64,000 bases of DNA from Methanotrichaceae archaeon (GCA_963754945.1 CAVWIG010000019.1:1-64000); one strand, 5' to 3'. Counted from the stretch's first letter, positions 47,771 to 58,856 are shown. The notes: generated from the letters alone by a model not told the origin. Numbers and translations: made by a program.

Positions 47771-48232
47771 CTAATCATGCTTCGGTTTATCCACATGAAT
47801 CTCGCAAGTTCCCATCTCGCACTCCCTGCAGAAGCCAGCTTCTTCGTCTAGGTTGCGAGTGGCAGTGGCAAGCACGCTGGCGTTCACCAGATTTCCAGCA
47901 AGGAAGATAGCAGCAGCAATCTCATCCTCGGTTACCCCCAGGTTCGATGCGACGTGGATGTGCAGCTTCAGGCAGTGGGTGCACCTGATAGCAGCGCTTA
48001 CTGCGACGGAGATCAGCTCGATTGTCTTGGCGTCCAGGGTCGAGCTTCTGAGTATGGCGTTGTTGTGGAGGATCTTGGTTATCAGGAGATCAGGGTGATC
48101 CTTCATGAAGTGAAAGACGTACGGGACTTCTCCGTACGCGTTCTCTACAGCCGTGATCATGTCCTCAGCCGATTTTTCTACGCCCTTCTCAAGAATTATG
48201 TCTAGCTCATCTTCAAAGCTCATGCGCATCAC
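47771..48232 (-). CDS. Carboxymuconolactone decarboxylase/AhpD-family protein
   Basis: LDAKTIELI.VAVS..IRCTHCL.LH...A..LG. Confidence 0.88.
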   Translation of the reverse strand: MMRMSFEDELDIILEKGVEKSAEDMITAVENAYGEVPYVFHFMKDHPDLLITKILHNNAILRSSTLDAKTIELISVAVSAAIRCTHCLKLHIHVASNLGVTEDEIAAAIFLAGNLVNASVLATATRNLDEEAGFCRECEMGTCEIHVDKPKHD

Positions 48233-48265
48233 CGGAATGGAATCGCAAATCTCCTCAAGGCCGGC

Positions 48266-49189
48266 CTAGAAGACGAAACCGGTCTCGGACATAGGCAATA
48301 TCCTCACAAGTATATAGTCCTTCATCTTTGAAGGCCTTATGGTGGCTATCTCCCCAAGAGTCACACCTTCATCGAACTTGACAGCCCGGACTGCGTCCTT
48401 GTACTTCTCGTAGGGTAGCTTGACCCTGACTCCGTTCAGGTTGAGAGCAATCGGAAGAGGTGAGAACGAGTACTCCACCTCTGGAACCTGTTCCCTGACG
48501 GCGTCCATCACTCTAGGCGGCGAAGTCGTTAATGGGTCCTTGGAGATCTCAGTCCTTGTCCTGTCCAGAGCCCGGCCGACAGATTCGATGATCTTGTCAA
48601 GGGTGCCTAGCTCGGTGGCTTTCTTGGCCCGATGCGTGATTCTGCCTACGCTCGGAACGTACTCGAAGGCATAGGGCAGCTCACTTTTCGGAATCTCCGG
48701 GCCGCCAGTTACAACCACTGGGATGTTTATGCTCCTGTACAGGTCCTCTTTCTTTCGAATGCATTCGACGAAGTTCCCAAAGATGAAAACGACTGCGTCG
48801 TGCTCGTCTATGAGCTTGGATTCGTACTCGTTTATCTGGGCGGTCTCCCTTCCAACGCCTCTTGCCAGGCCGATCATATTCGATTTGGCTCCGTTCCTTC
48901 GCAGGTACTCGGCGATATCACAGGCAGTGTGGGGAAGATGGTGAATTGCAAGGGTTGGAGTAACAACCGCTACCTCCGTTCCTGCCAAGGGCGCACGCAC
49001 CAGCTCTCCCCGGAGGTCGGAGATGAGGGCTTTCAAGGCCTCCATGTCCTCTTTAGGGACCAGGAGAAGAAGTATCACCTCGCTCTGGGTGACGTTCTTC
49101 TGAAGTACGTAGCCTCCGAGGTCCTCCACTAGCTCCATCACCAGGTCGTGCTTGTATATGCCACCCGTAAACATAACAGGTTCAAGCAT
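48266..49189 (-). CDS. mmp7: Methanogenesis marker protein 7
   Basis: GGIYKH, HHLPHTACDIAEYLR and GLARG motifs; cluster context. Confidence 0.9.
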   Translation of the reverse strand: MLEPVMFTGGIYKHDLVMELVEDLGGYVLQKNVTQSEVILLLLVPKEDMEALKALISDLRGELVRAPLAGTEVAVVTPTLAIHHLPHTACDIAEYLRRNGAKSNMIGLARGVGRETAQINEYESKLIDEHDAVVFIFGNFVECIRKKEDLYRSINIPVVVTGGPEIPKSELPYAFEYVPSVGRITHRAKKATELGTLDKIIESVGRALDRTRTEISKDPLTTSPPRVMDAVREQVPEVEYSFSPLPIALNLNGVRVKLPYEKYKDAVRAVKFDEGVTLGEIATIRPSKMKDYILVRILPMSETGFVF

Positions 49190-49751
49190 TCTCCATGCTC
49201 CTGATCTTCTCTTTTACCTCGGAGATCAGCTCAGGCTTAAGAGTGTCCTCGGCTGCTATGAAGAAGAAGCTCTTATCGGTCATCTCGTTTCTCCGGTTAC
49301 GAAATCCTTCAGGGGCTATCCTCAGGAGAGCATCCGTCAGGTCCTGACGGAACTCGGCCTCCAGGTCGGCAACGGGTAGATCCGATGGTGGTGCGTCTGA
49401 TGCTACCACAACGACGTCTCTAGAGGGCTGCTCCACGCGCTCCCGACCGTACTTGGCCCAGAGGACCTTGAGCAGGTCCGCCATATGTTCCTCGTCGTTG
49501 ACCTTAATCTGGAACCCGCCCTGAGCCTGGGCCACATCAGCTACGTCCCTGACAAGCAGGGGCGGTATGCCCGTCCTCAGGAGGCCGTACACGGCGAAGA
49601 CCGGCTTCTTGACGTCCACATAAACATAGAGCTGTCCGATTGACCTGATGAGTCCCAGATCCTGAAGGATATCCATTATTATCTCGCGGTACTTCTTGGC
49701 CCCGAACTCCTCCCCTGCGATCTCGACCTTGAAGACCTCCATCGGGTCCAT
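49182..49751 (-). CDS. mmp17: Methanogenesis marker protein 17
   Basis: YREII.DILQDL, LW.KYGR..V.QP.R and RIAPEGFR motifs; cluster context. Confidence 0.85.
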   Translation of the reverse strand: MDPMEVFKVEIAGEEFGAKKYREIIMDILQDLGLIRSIGQLYVYVDVKKPVFAVYGLLRTGIPPLLVRDVADVAQAQGGFQIKVNDEEHMADLLKVLWAKYGRERVEQPSRDVVVVASDAPPSDLPVADLEAEFRQDLTDALLRIAPEGFRNRRNEMTDKSFFFIAAEDTLKPELISEVKEKIRSMENA

Positions 49752-49753
49752 CC

Positions 49754-50980
49754 CTAGGCCTCCAGCAGCCCCGAAACGAGCAGGGCAGCGCCTACTGCTC
49801 CTATGTACTGGGCGTACTTGGGCACGATCACCTTAACGTGCAACAACTCCTCCATTGCTTTAGGCAGCCCTTCGATGAGCGAGGTCCCTCCAACCATGAT
49901 AACCGGCTCCTTAACCTCAACCTCCTGAAGCTGTTGCTCGTAGACTTGCTCAGCCACGGAATGACATGCTGCCATGGCAACGTCCTCTGGCTTGCAGCCC
50001 TGGGAGAGGCTGTTGACGAGGGATTGGGTGCCGAAGACTATGCAGTAGCTGTTCATGGCCACGTTCTGGTAGTTGCCCTTGAGGGCCAGCTTCCCCAGCT
50101 CGGTGATGTCCACGCCAAGCCTGCGGGCAGTCAGTTCAAGGAACCTGCCTGAGGCTCCTGCGCATATTCCGCCCATGGTGAAGCCGCCCGGTATCCCGTC
50201 CTGAACAGATATGGCCTTGTTGTCCATGCCTCCGATATCGATGACCGTAGCCGAGCCCTTCTGAGAATCGGCCAGAAAGACGGCTCCCTTTGAGTTGACG
50301 GTGATCTCTTCTTGAATCAACTTGGCACCAAAATGCTTTCCTACAAGGAATCGGCCGTAGCCAGTGACCCCAAGGGCTTGAACATCCTCCTTCTTTACAC
50401 CGGCCTCTTTAAGGGCTGCATCGTACGCGCTTTCGGCGCTTTTGAGCACTTCTGTGGTGGGAACCCAGCCTGTGCCTATTATCTGGTTGTCCCTCATGAT
50501 CACGGCCTTGGTGGTGGTCGAGCCTGAGTCCACGCCAGCGGTCAGTCCTTTCTGTCTCTCCCTGGCCAGAAGGCCCCTGTACTTGACTGTGGTTACTAGC
50601 GCCTCCATCCTTGTCAGCAGGGTTTCGGCGGTGGTCCTTTCTGTAAAAGAATAGCTCAGAACTGGAAGCTTAGAATTCTCGTGTATGTACTTCCTGATCT
50701 CCGACCTGATGATGGCACCCTCAGCGCATCTGAAGCAGGTCAATACAATGACCGCATCGGCCAGGTCTGGATTCTCGACTATCCGAGTCGCCCTTGCCAT
50801 GGCGAGGTTGAGGTCGCCCGAGGCAACTGATACGCCAAACCTCTTCTCCACGTTCAGAATGTCCTCCAGGGAGACCTCTGGATAGATGATCTGGGCTCCG
50901 ACAGTCTCTGCAGCCCTATCGATCTCCTTCTGGATACCGCTATACTCAGCCCCGCAGGCCAGCTCTGCTATCCTGATCAT
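49754..50980 (-). CDS. mmp15: Methanogenesis marker protein 15 (BcrA/D-like ATPase activator)
   Basis: [27 protein letters not shown] and CAGASGRF motifs. Confidence 0.92.
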   Translation of the reverse strand: MIRIAELACGAEYSGIQKEIDRAAETVGAQIIYPEVSLEDILNVEKRFGVSVASGDLNLAMARATRIVENPDLADAVIVLTCFRCAEGAIIRSEIRKYIHENSKLPVLSYSFTERTTAETLLTRMEALVTTVKYRGLLARERQKGLTAGVDSGSTTTKAVIMRDNQIIGTGWVPTTEVLKSAESAYDAALKEAGVKKEDVQALGVTGYGRFLVGKHFGAKLIQEEITVNSKGAVFLADSQKGSATVIDIGGMDNKAISVQDGIPGGFTMGGICAGASGRFLELTARRLGVDITELGKLALKGNYQNVAMNSYCIVFGTQSLVNSLSQGCKPEDVAMAACHSVAEQVYEQQLQEVEVKEPVIMVGGTSLIEGLPKAMEELLHVKVIVPKYAQYIGAVGAALLVSGLLEA

Positions 50981-51414
50981 TTCAAACCCTCCAGAAAGGA
51001 TTTGATCTGACGAACGAAGGCCCTGGCCTCGACCTCGTCCTTTGGATAGTTAACTTCCAGAACAGGTATGCCTTTTGTCTTTATCAGCAGCCTGACCAGC
51101 TCGTTTGTCCTGGCACATCCCGAGCAGCCTGTAAGACACCCGGGTTCGTTCAGAATTATTCCAGCATCTGCCTGCTCGATTAGTGGGCCTATGAGCGACA
51201 TCCTGCCCCGGACACCGGAAGGGACATCAACGGCCGCGTAGCGTAAACCTTTTTTGGGCTCCTCGGGCGTCATATTGAGCGGCGGCGAATCGATTCCAGG
51301 TGTTGTTACCCGTTCCCTCACAACGCTCGGAACAACCAGCGCCTGGTGGCCCGTCCTCTCCACCAGGTCGGAAAGGATCAGGCTGGTTGGAGGATAAACA
51401 ATCACTTTAGCCAT
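50977..51414 (-). CDS. mmp5: Methanogenesis marker protein 5
   Basis: YPP.SLIL.DLVER.GH, PSGVRGR and GC.GCARTNE motifs. Confidence 0.9.
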   Translation of the reverse strand: MAKVIVYPPTSLILSDLVERTGHQALVVPSVVRERVTTPGIDSPPLNMTPEEPKKGLRYAAVDVPSGVRGRMSLIGPLIEQADAGIILNEPGCLTGCSGCARTNELVRLLIKTKGIPVLEVNYPKDEVEARAFVRQIKSFLEGLK

Positions 51415-51423
51415 TGAATTACC

Positions 51424-51858
51424 TCAGGAAAACTCATCTTCGATGATCTCTTCAAGCCTCTTTGTGTCCAGTAGTTTCTTCGCCGGCTTTGTTTCGGCCT
51501 CGGAAACCTCAGCCACTCCTTCTGTCTGGGGCTCAAGGGCCTTGGAAATCAGAGGCAGCATCTTCGCTTCAGACTCGATCATATAGTATCCAGGCCTGGC
51601 TCCTCCGCCTCTGCGGCCCCTGCAGCGCCTGGGATCCCCAGGAGGAAAACCGCGTTCCTTGATGAAGATCCCCGAGGGGTCCAATGCCCTAATCTCCTCG
51701 ACGAGCGGCTTGATCACGTCTTCTTCGCCGCTGATGATGACCCCAAAGCAGGTCTCTTTAACGTTGACGTCGTACTTGGATCCGTAGATCTTCATGGCAA
51801 TGTCCGAAGGAAGGATATCGGATTCTGGCGACGTTATGACATACTTGGTGATCAACAC
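51424..51858 (-). CDS. mmp6: Methanogenesis marker protein 6
   Basis: KETCFG and KERGFPPGDPRRCR..RGGG.RPG motifs. Confidence 0.9.
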   Translation of the reverse strand: MLITKYVITSPESDILPSDIAMKIYGSKYDVNVKETCFGVIISGEEDVIKPLVEEIRALDPSGIFIKERGFPPGDPRRCRGRRGGGARPGYYMIESEAKMLPLISKALEPQTEGVAEVSEAETKPAKKLLDTKRLEEIIEDEFS

Positions 51859-53381
51859 TCTCGCACCTCCAGCACGTACACTACATCGTCTTCCTTCACG
51901 TCTTTCAGTTTCTCCGGATCCAGGACTCGGCCAATTATGTTCGTTGCCTCGAACTTCTCCCCAGACGGCCCGTATCTCTTGTCTTCTAACAGCTTGACCC
52001 CGACAAAGCCAACTTTCTTTGCCACCTGATTGGATATTCCGATGGACCCCGCGGGCACCGGGCCAGTTGGCTTGTTCTCCGGCAGGATCTCCTTGTAGCT
52101 GGTGGCCTCCACTGCCGGCTTGAACAGTATCGTATTCTCATAGACGAAATAAACAGGTAATGGCCCAACCGGCTTCTCTTTCAATCCGGTTACATGCCGG
52201 AAATAATCAAGCGTCTTGGGAGCCAATTTGTCGTAAAGTTCAATAGACACAAGGCGTTTGGCCGGTATGGATGTGAGCTTGACTTTTTTATCCTTCAACA
52301 CGCTCATCGTAGTGTCTGGATCCTGTTTAACAACAACGGCATCCTCACCGCTGTAGCCTTCAACATCAGCCTCAATACCCCGATTCTTCATGTCCTGTAA
52401 AGCCTGGGGAAGCGTGGCTCCCATCAGCATTATTCTGTCCGGCCTGACCCTCACGGTTAAAAGATGGCCAGCCCCAGCCAGCTTGACCATGTCCATGCCA
52501 GAGGTTACCCTGCCTACGACGGAGTGACCAGGGTTGGAGGTGCGGTCTGCCTTGTAGATGAAGATCCGTCCCAGGCCGCGGCCGCTGGTACGAACAGTGA
52601 CCACGCCCTCCAGCCTCGGTTCTCTGTGCTCGAACTTTATGGGCTCGGTTAAGAGCATGTCTGAGGAGATGTAGGAGCTAGATATTGAGTCCACCTTGAA
52701 GACTCCATCACGGGTCAGAGCCATGAAGAACTCCGCACCCAAGGGTGCATCCTCGACAAGCTCAACCTCGAACCTGGTGTATATCTCCATGCCCTCGGCC
52801 AGAGGCAGAGCCAGATCGGTGGTAGCCATCTTCTCGGTCAGGTCCTCCCACTCAACTATGGGCTCCACTCCGGTGATCCTGTCTTCTTTTTCTAGCTTAT
52901 CCAGGGTGTTCTTGCCGCCGACAACCCTGGCAAAAACGCCTCCCTCTGCAGGCGCGCCATAAACGGAGTTATGTCGCTTTCTTACGAAGATCAGGTGGGT
53001 TTTCTCGGCCTCGAAGCCCGCCGCCCCCAGAGCAATCTCCCAGCGGTTGTACTCATGGGCGTCTCTCCTCCAGGCTATGGCGGTTGCAAAAGGTCCAAAA
53101 GCAACAGCATCAGAGGACGCCCATCGTGCCTCTAAGCCTTCAATCTTGCCCACGTTTTCGTGCCAGATCTTCTGGAGATCGTCATCCAAAAGCTCGATCC
53201 TGATCTTGCCCTTTGTGGTGTTGAGCCAGTAGGAGTTTGTCTGCAGGGACTTCTCCCCCCGACCCTTGACAATTCCCACTATGGCCCCAACGGCCGGCTT
53301 TGTGCCAGCCAAGCTCAAGGCATCTCCAAGAGTAGCATCCGCTTTTAGGTCGAGGCTCGTTCCGTCAACAAAGACCTTCAA
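51852..53381 (-). CDS. mmp3: Methanogenesis marker protein 3 (cyclophilin-like)
   Basis: TTKG, AFGPF, HSVVG.V, APKT.DYFR..TGL and PENKP motifs. Confidence 0.9.
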   Translation of the reverse strand: MKVFVDGTSLDLKADATLGDALSLAGTKPAVGAIVGIVKGRGEKSLQTNSYWLNTTKGKIRIELLDDDLQKIWHENVGKIEGLEARWASSDAVAFGPFATAIAWRRDAHEYNRWEIALGAAGFEAEKTHLIFVRKRHNSVYGAPAEGGVFARVVGGKNTLDKLEKEDRITGVEPIVEWEDLTEKMATTDLALPLAEGMEIYTRFEVELVEDAPLGAEFFMALTRDGVFKVDSISSSYISSDMLLTEPIKFEHREPRLEGVVTVRTSGRGLGRIFIYKADRTSNPGHSVVGRVTSGMDMVKLAGAGHLLTVRVRPDRIMLMGATLPQALQDMKNRGIEADVEGYSGEDAVVVKQDPDTTMSVLKDKKVKLTSIPAKRLVSIELYDKLAPKTLDYFRHVTGLKEKPVGPLPVYFVYENTILFKPAVEATSYKEILPENKPTGPVPAGSIGISNQVAKKVGFVGVKLLEDKRYGPSGEKFEATNIIGRVLDPEKLKDVKEDDVVYVLEVREC

Positions 53382-53382
53382 T

Positions 53383-54999
53383 TCAACTCCCCAGCAGCTC
53401 CTTCTCTTCCTCTTCTGTTATCTTGGCCATGACCTCTTCAGGTAGCCCAGTAAAGATAGCCTTGCCGTTGCGCATGAGCAAGGCTCGGTCACATACGTTC
53501 TTAACGAAGTCCATGTCATGGCTGACGATGACGAAGGTCTCGCCCAGCTCGGATCTGGCGTTAAGGATGGATTTTGTGACTTCGATCTTGGTTATCGCGT
53601 CCATGGTGCCGGTGGGCTCGTCCAGGATCACAATGCTAGGCTCCTTGATTAGGACCTGAGCCATGGCTATTCTGTGGCGCTCTCCCTCGGAAAGCTCATC
53701 GGGCATCTTGTTTAACACCGCCTCAGCTTGGTCGTCGGTGAAGCCGACCGTTGTCAGAGTGTGAATGGCCTTTCTCTCTGCCAGCTCGAAAGGAAGTGCA
53801 AGGCCTATGGACTCGGTGAGGTTGTCGATTACGGTTCTTGACGGGTAGAGGGTGTACTCCTGGTGAAGGATCCCTATGTACTTGGTTGCCCTTCCTCGGC
53901 CGTTCGATCCCAGGATGTTCATGTCCACCCACTCATCACCGACTCTTACCTGGGCGTTTCCGGATGTGGAGGTGATGATGCCGCTTACTATCTTGGACAG
54001 AGTGGTCTTTCCGCCGCCGCTGACTCCCACCAGCCCGAAGATCTCTCCTTCTTTCACATCAAAGCTGACACCGTCAACGGCTTTGACAACGCCCCGGTCT
54101 ATGCTGATGTATCGCTTGGAAAGGTCGTTTACTCTGATGATCGGTTCGCCTACCTCCACTGCTTCCCGTTTACCAAGTTCACCTGCCATTGAGAGGAACT
54201 GTGCGGCCACGTCCTTGGGATCTCCAAGGCACTTAATCTCGCCGTTGTCTAAGAGCACCGCCCTGTCGGTGAGGTCGACCATCACGTCTTCCCAGTGGCT
54301 CGTGATGATCAGGGTCATCTTGAAGTCCTTGACGGCCCTCCTTATGGACTCGTGAACGACCTCTGCAGTAGAGGGGTCGAGGGTTCCAGTAGGTTCGTCC
54401 GCTAAAAGCAGCATGGGCGACTTCGCCAATTGCCGCGCCAGCACAACTCGCTGCTTCTCTCCGCCCGAGAGTTCACGGGCGACGTGCATCATCCGATGGG
54501 ATAGATTTACTTCGTCCAGGAGGTCTGCCGCTCGATAAATGGTTATTGCCTCTCCTGAATCTTCCACAGCTCTCATGACGTTTACTATAACCCTCTCATC
54601 GCCGTAGAGGGCAAAGGTCCTCTGAAGCATGATTGCGACTCTTCTAACAATGTCCCTCCTCAGAGGATCGTTGACGTCCAAAGCGACGAAGTCCGCGTCC
54701 TTGTGCTCTAAAATTCCGCCGCACCTGCATTTCTGCCCGACGTGGCTAGGCGGTTCCACGTGCCGACAGGATTTGCACCTGGCGACGTGGTATATAACGC
54801 TGCCAGTGATGTCCGGGAATGTCTCCACCCCACGGAGTACATGCATTAAAACGCTTTTTCCTGAGCCGCTTCTGCCCAAGAAACCGACCGATTCTCCCTC
54901 CTCTATTACAAGGTTGATTTTGCGCAGGGCTTCAACCTCACCAAAACGAACTGTCAGATCCCGGATCTCTATGAAAGGTGCCAAACTATCATGCCCCAT
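53383..54999 (-). CDS. atwA: Methyl-coenzyme M reductase system component A2 (double ABC ATPase)
   Basis: Two Walker A sites (GRSGSGKS, GVSGGGKTT), Cys-rich insert, MLQRTFALY; heads the marker operon. Confidence 0.95.
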   Translation of the reverse strand: MGHDSLAPFIEIRDLTVRFGEVEALRKINLVIEEGESVGFLGRSGSGKSVLMHVLRGVETFPDITGSVIYHVARCKSCRHVEPPSHVGQKCRCGGILEHKDADFVALDVNDPLRRDIVRRVAIMLQRTFALYGDERVIVNVMRAVEDSGEAITIYRAADLLDEVNLSHRMMHVARELSGGEKQRVVLARQLAKSPMLLLADEPTGTLDPSTAEVVHESIRRAVKDFKMTLIITSHWEDVMVDLTDRAVLLDNGEIKCLGDPKDVAAQFLSMAGELGKREAVEVGEPIIRVNDLSKRYISIDRGVVKAVDGVSFDVKEGEIFGLVGVSGGGKTTLSKIVSGIITSTSGNAQVRVGDEWVDMNILGSNGRGRATKYIGILHQEYTLYPSRTVIDNLTESIGLALPFELAERKAIHTLTTVGFTDDQAEAVLNKMPDELSEGERHRIAMAQVLIKEPSIVILDEPTGTMDAITKIEVTKSILNARSELGETFVIVSHDMDFVKNVCDRALLMRNGKAIFTGLPEEVMAKITEEEEKELLGS

Positions 55000-55352
55000 T
55001 AGATTGAGTGTAATGCAGTTTCTCTGCGTAATTCAGTTGGAATAATGATACTTAAGTTTATCCAAGGTTGTAACCGAACGACCGATAACGATCGTTACAG
55101 CTTCCTGATCAAAGTATCTTTAAAGTCGACATCAATTTCGTATTTTATGGTTGAATTAGCTGAAACTATGGGCGTTAACTTCGATCATTTGCAATTATTA
55201 ATGATGAAATTGAGCCTCTTAGATTGAGGCTCCTAGATGCTGTGCCTACTCTAGATCTAGTATACTCTAAGATTTCGAATCTGCTCTGAGATTTCGGCTG
55301 TCCAAGATTAGGTTCTCGGACAATTTTCACTGGGCGAGGCAGTTACAAACAA

Positions 55353-56654
55353 TCATCTAGCACCGCTAGCTTCTGGCTTGATGATCATCTTATCAATCCT
55401 GTTCTCGTCCATGTCCACCACCTCAAAGCTAAGGTCATCCCATTCAAACTTGTCCCCCGTAGATGGGATTCGCCCCAAATGCATCATCACAAACCCCCCT
55501 ATGGTCTGGTAGTAGCCGCTATCCTCTCCGGGTAACCTCTTTACTTGGAAGATCTCTTTGAACTCGCCCGTAGAGAGCATGCCGTCTACCAGCCAGGAAC
55601 CGTCATCACGCTTCACTACATGCGGTTCGGTTGGCTTTCCTACGTAGGGTATGTCTCCGACAATGGCCTCCAGGATGTCTTTTAGAGTCACCAGGCCCTG
55701 AATTCCACCATACTCATCCACGACCAGAGCCACGTGCACCCCGGATTGCTTGAACAGCTCAAGGATCTTCAGGGCAGCCATGCTCTCTGGTATGAACTGA
55801 GGGGGCATCAGGGACGACTTCAGGTCTACCTGCTGATCCTTTAGGCTGCAGGATAGCATGTCTCTGGACCGAACGACGCCCAGTACATCGTCGAGGCTGC
55901 CTCTCCCAACGGGGAAAAGCGGGTAATCGCTCGCGTCTACCTTGCGCCTGATCTCTTCGGGAGAGTCGTCGATATCCAACCAGATAACATCAGCTCGGGG
56001 TATCATGACCGAAGCTGCTCTCTGGTCACTCAGACGGAAGACCCTCTCCACTATATCCTGTTCGACCTCCTCAAATACTCCCGCCCTGGTTCCTTCGTCG
56101 ATGAGGATCTTGATCTCTTCTTCGGTAACCGGAGGCTCTTCCACAGGTTTTACGCCCGCGACCTTCAAAATAAGATCCGTAGAAATGCTGAGAATACGAA
56201 CCACAGGCGAGAGGAGCGAGGATATCGTGTTCATGGGTGATGCTATGATTGAAGCAACCTTCTCAGGCCTGCTCATGCCCAGCCTTTTGGGAACCAGCTC
56301 CCCAACTACTAAGGAGAAATAAGAAATAGCCATCACCACTAAGATGATGCTTGCGATGTGGCTGTAAGGAGCCAACTGTGGAATTTCCCTCAGCCTGGCT
56401 TCCACTTCACCGGCGACAGTGGCACCACCGAAAGCGCCTGTAAGGATGCTGACGAAGGTTATGCCGATCTGAGAAGTTGATAAGAACCGGTTTGGAGAGC
56501 TCGCAAGCTCCAGAGCCTTGCGGGCTCCTTCATCTCCCTCGCTGGCCTGCTGCTGCAGGCGGGCTTTTCGTGAGGAGACCAGAGCAATCTCGGACATGAC
56601 GAAGATTCCGTTAATGATTATCAGCAGGAGGATTATTGCTATCTCAGTGATCAT
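55353..56654 (-). CDS. HlyC/CorC-family membrane protein (DUF21-CBS-CorC)
   Basis: SEIALVS, QIGIT, GELVPK and VVDEYGG..GLVTL.DILE.IVG motifs. Confidence 0.92.
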   Translation of the reverse strand: MITEIAIILLLIIINGIFVMSEIALVSSRKARLQQQASEGDEGARKALELASSPNRFLSTSQIGITFVSILTGAFGGATVAGEVEARLREIPQLAPYSHIASIILVVMAISYFSLVVGELVPKRLGMSRPEKVASIIASPMNTISSLLSPVVRILSISTDLILKVAGVKPVEEPPVTEEEIKILIDEGTRAGVFEEVEQDIVERVFRLSDQRAASVMIPRADVIWLDIDDSPEEIRRKVDASDYPLFPVGRGSLDDVLGVVRSRDMLSCSLKDQQVDLKSSLMPPQFIPESMAALKILELFKQSGVHVALVVDEYGGIQGLVTLKDILEAIVGDIPYVGKPTEPHVVKRDDGSWLVDGMLSTGEFKEIFQVKRLPGEDSGYYQTIGGFVMMHLGRIPSTGDKFEWDDLSFEVVDMDENRIDKMIIKPEASGAR

Positions 56655-57036
56655 TAACTATCATCCTGGAGACTGAAACTCGATATATGAATCCCGTACT
56701 TGCAAGCTAGGGCGTCTCTTCTCGTTGGAACCGGAACCGCTGACACTTGGGAACACGGTTGCGTTATTCTCCATCTATGCAGGGTCTCCTGATTATCTAA
56801 GGTTCAAGATATTATATATAAGTTGGTAATGTGACGGCTAAACGAGGATTATTAGATTGAAAACCAATTGAATGATTCTGCGTTCGATTCTAGAAAATTC
56901 TTGGTTATCAAAATCTGGTCACCTTAATGTTATCATCCAAAGATTCACCGGATGATTTTCTTCGAGCTAGATGTGGGGAAGCTCTGCGGCTTGGCAGAGA
57001 AGTGGTGAGCTGCCTGTTGGATTCTGATGCAACAGC

Positions 57037-58107
57037 TCAGGCGACCTCATTGTTCTCTTCTGTTGTTTGCTTTGTGCGCTCTTCCTGGTTGACCTGATAG
57101 ATGGCCACAAGCATACCAACTAACGCCGGCGCAAGGAAGAACCCGGCTATTCCTGCCACCAGGCCGCCTCCCATGAAGGAGATCATGACCAGTAGCGGAT
57201 GCAGCGAGGATTTTGTGTACACGAAGTAAGGCCTTATGACCAGCTCTGCTATGTGGACCAGGACCGAGCCAACCGCGAAGAAGACCAGGGCATCGAAGGG
57301 CCCAAGGGTGAAGTACCTGTAGATCGACGCAGGGATGAAGACCAGCCAGGTCATGAAGGGAATGAGTCCTGCAAGAAAAACCATGCTGGCCAGGGCGTAT
57401 GGGCGCGGAACACCGAACATGACGAATATGATTATCGACACAAGCCCGCCGGTGATGGCTGTGTAGACGCTGCCGAGGATTATACCGCTGAGCATTCTAT
57501 CAATCTTCGTCAGATACTTCTCGTTCATCTCTGCCTTCTCCGAGGGTAAGATAGACATTAGGAAACCCCCAAGCTTATGGCCATCTGCCAACAGGAAGTA
57601 GCAGACGGGTAGCGATAGTATGAAGTTGAGCACGCCCAGAGAGAACGCTTTGCCCAGTCCAAAGACCGGTATGCTACCGGCTATGGAGGCAGCTATTGAA
57701 ACGACGTTCTTGATGCTCACGTTGAGCTCTTCCATCACGACCTGGGGAATGTGGAGATCTACGATTAGAAATGATGCTGCCTTGAGGATCTCTACTTGGT
57801 GTTCAGCCATCCAGATGAACTGATTTACAACCTCGATGGCTCCGATTCCAACGATCATGGATATGGGAATGGCTATGCAAAATGTTGCAACCGCAGATCC
57901 GAGCAGTCGCCTTTTCCCGAAAAGGTTTCTGACCGGCAGGCCCACATATGCAAAGACCACTCCAAGGATCATGCCATCCAGCAGTGGGAACACCAGGTAG
58001 GATATAAGTATAAGGGCAGCTACCACGACCAGCAACAGTAGCCGGTTCTCGCTCAGGTACGATCGATAATCGGAACTCATAAAGTTGATACTCCTCTCCA
58101 TCCCCAA
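57037..58107 (-). CDS. AI-2E (PerM) family transporter
   Basis: Multi-TM; FLLADG, IRP and LHP...GG..G..G...P motifs. Confidence 0.85.
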   Translation of the reverse strand: MGMERSINFMSSDYRSYLSENRLLLLVVVAALILISYLVFPLLDGMILGVVFAYVGLPVRNLFGKRRLLGSAVATFCIAIPISMIVGIGAIEVVNQFIWMAEHQVEILKAASFLIVDLHIPQVVMEELNVSIKNVVSIAASIAGSIPVFGLGKAFSLGVLNFILSLPVCYFLLADGHKLGGFLMSILPSEKAEMNEKYLTKIDRMLSGIILGSVYTAITGGLVSIIIFVMFGVPRPYALASMVFLAGLIPFMTWLVFIPASIYRYFTLGPFDALVFFAVGSVLVHIAELVIRPYFVYTKSSLHPLLVMISFMGGGLVAGIAGFFLAPALVGMLVAIYQVNQEERTKQTTEENNEVA

Positions 58108-58305
58108 GATAAATAACCATTGTCTTCGTCAGGCTTCTGAGACGATTGTGCAGTCTACAAAAAAACTTTGAGCAAACAGTTGGCAAGAACTCTTGACTGG
58201 ACCATGGCGATTTACTTCATCCACTGGATGCTGATCTCCTAGGATTTATCGAGGCTATCCTGGGGAGCAAACTTTTTGCTGATTAAGGAGCAATGTCCTC
58301 TTGTT

Positions 58306-58587
58306 ATGCGAACAAGCCACGCCATTCTGCTGAGGCTGTACCACGATCCTCAGTACGACTTCGGCAAGGTCAGCGTCGACTATATCAACCGAGGAGCGCC
58401 TGGAGACAGGTCCACTGTCAGTGGTGAGCGAATCCTCAGATTAGAGGCAGGAGGGATGGTGATCGAATCAGCCGCTGGAGAAACCTACATCCCTTACCAC
58501 AGGATTCTGCTGATCCTCTATGAAGGGCATCCTTTATGGGAGAAGGGCATTAAAAAGGACAAAGAGAGTCAGCCGTCTGTGAACTAA
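58306..58587 (+). CDS. DUF504 / MJ1316-like RNA-end-binding domain protein
   Basis: Y.NRGAP and IPYHRI..I....G..LW motifs. Confidence 0.82.
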   Translation: MRTSHAILLRLYHDPQYDFGKVSVDYINRGAPGDRSTVSGERILRLEAGGMVIESAAGETYIPYHRILLILYEGHPLWEKGIKKDKESQPSVN

Positions 58588-58649
58588 AAATAGATTTAAT
58601 CGATCCCTGGATTTCGATAGGGCCGTGGAGCCAGAGAATAAATACTAAG

Positions 58650-58856
58650 ATGGCAGTTGTGGAGGAGAAGAAGGCGAACTCGATGTTAAAGAAAAGCGAT
58701 GCGATGTTACAGCATGAGAAATGGATAGAAGAGACTATGAAGCACAGGCCCAAGCACTCCAGAGAAGGGTTGCCCATCCAACCGATTCACGGCCTCTTCT
58801 TCCTGTGCGCTGTCTTGGTGATCCTGGTGATCATAGGTTCGCTGCTACACCATTAG
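58650..58856 (+). CDS. Small membrane protein
   Basis: Stand-alone ATG ORF with one C-terminal TM helix. Confidence 0.55.
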   Translation: MAVVEEKKANSMLKKSDAMLQHEKWIEETMKHRPKHSREGLPIQPIHGLFFLCAVLVILVIIGSLLHH

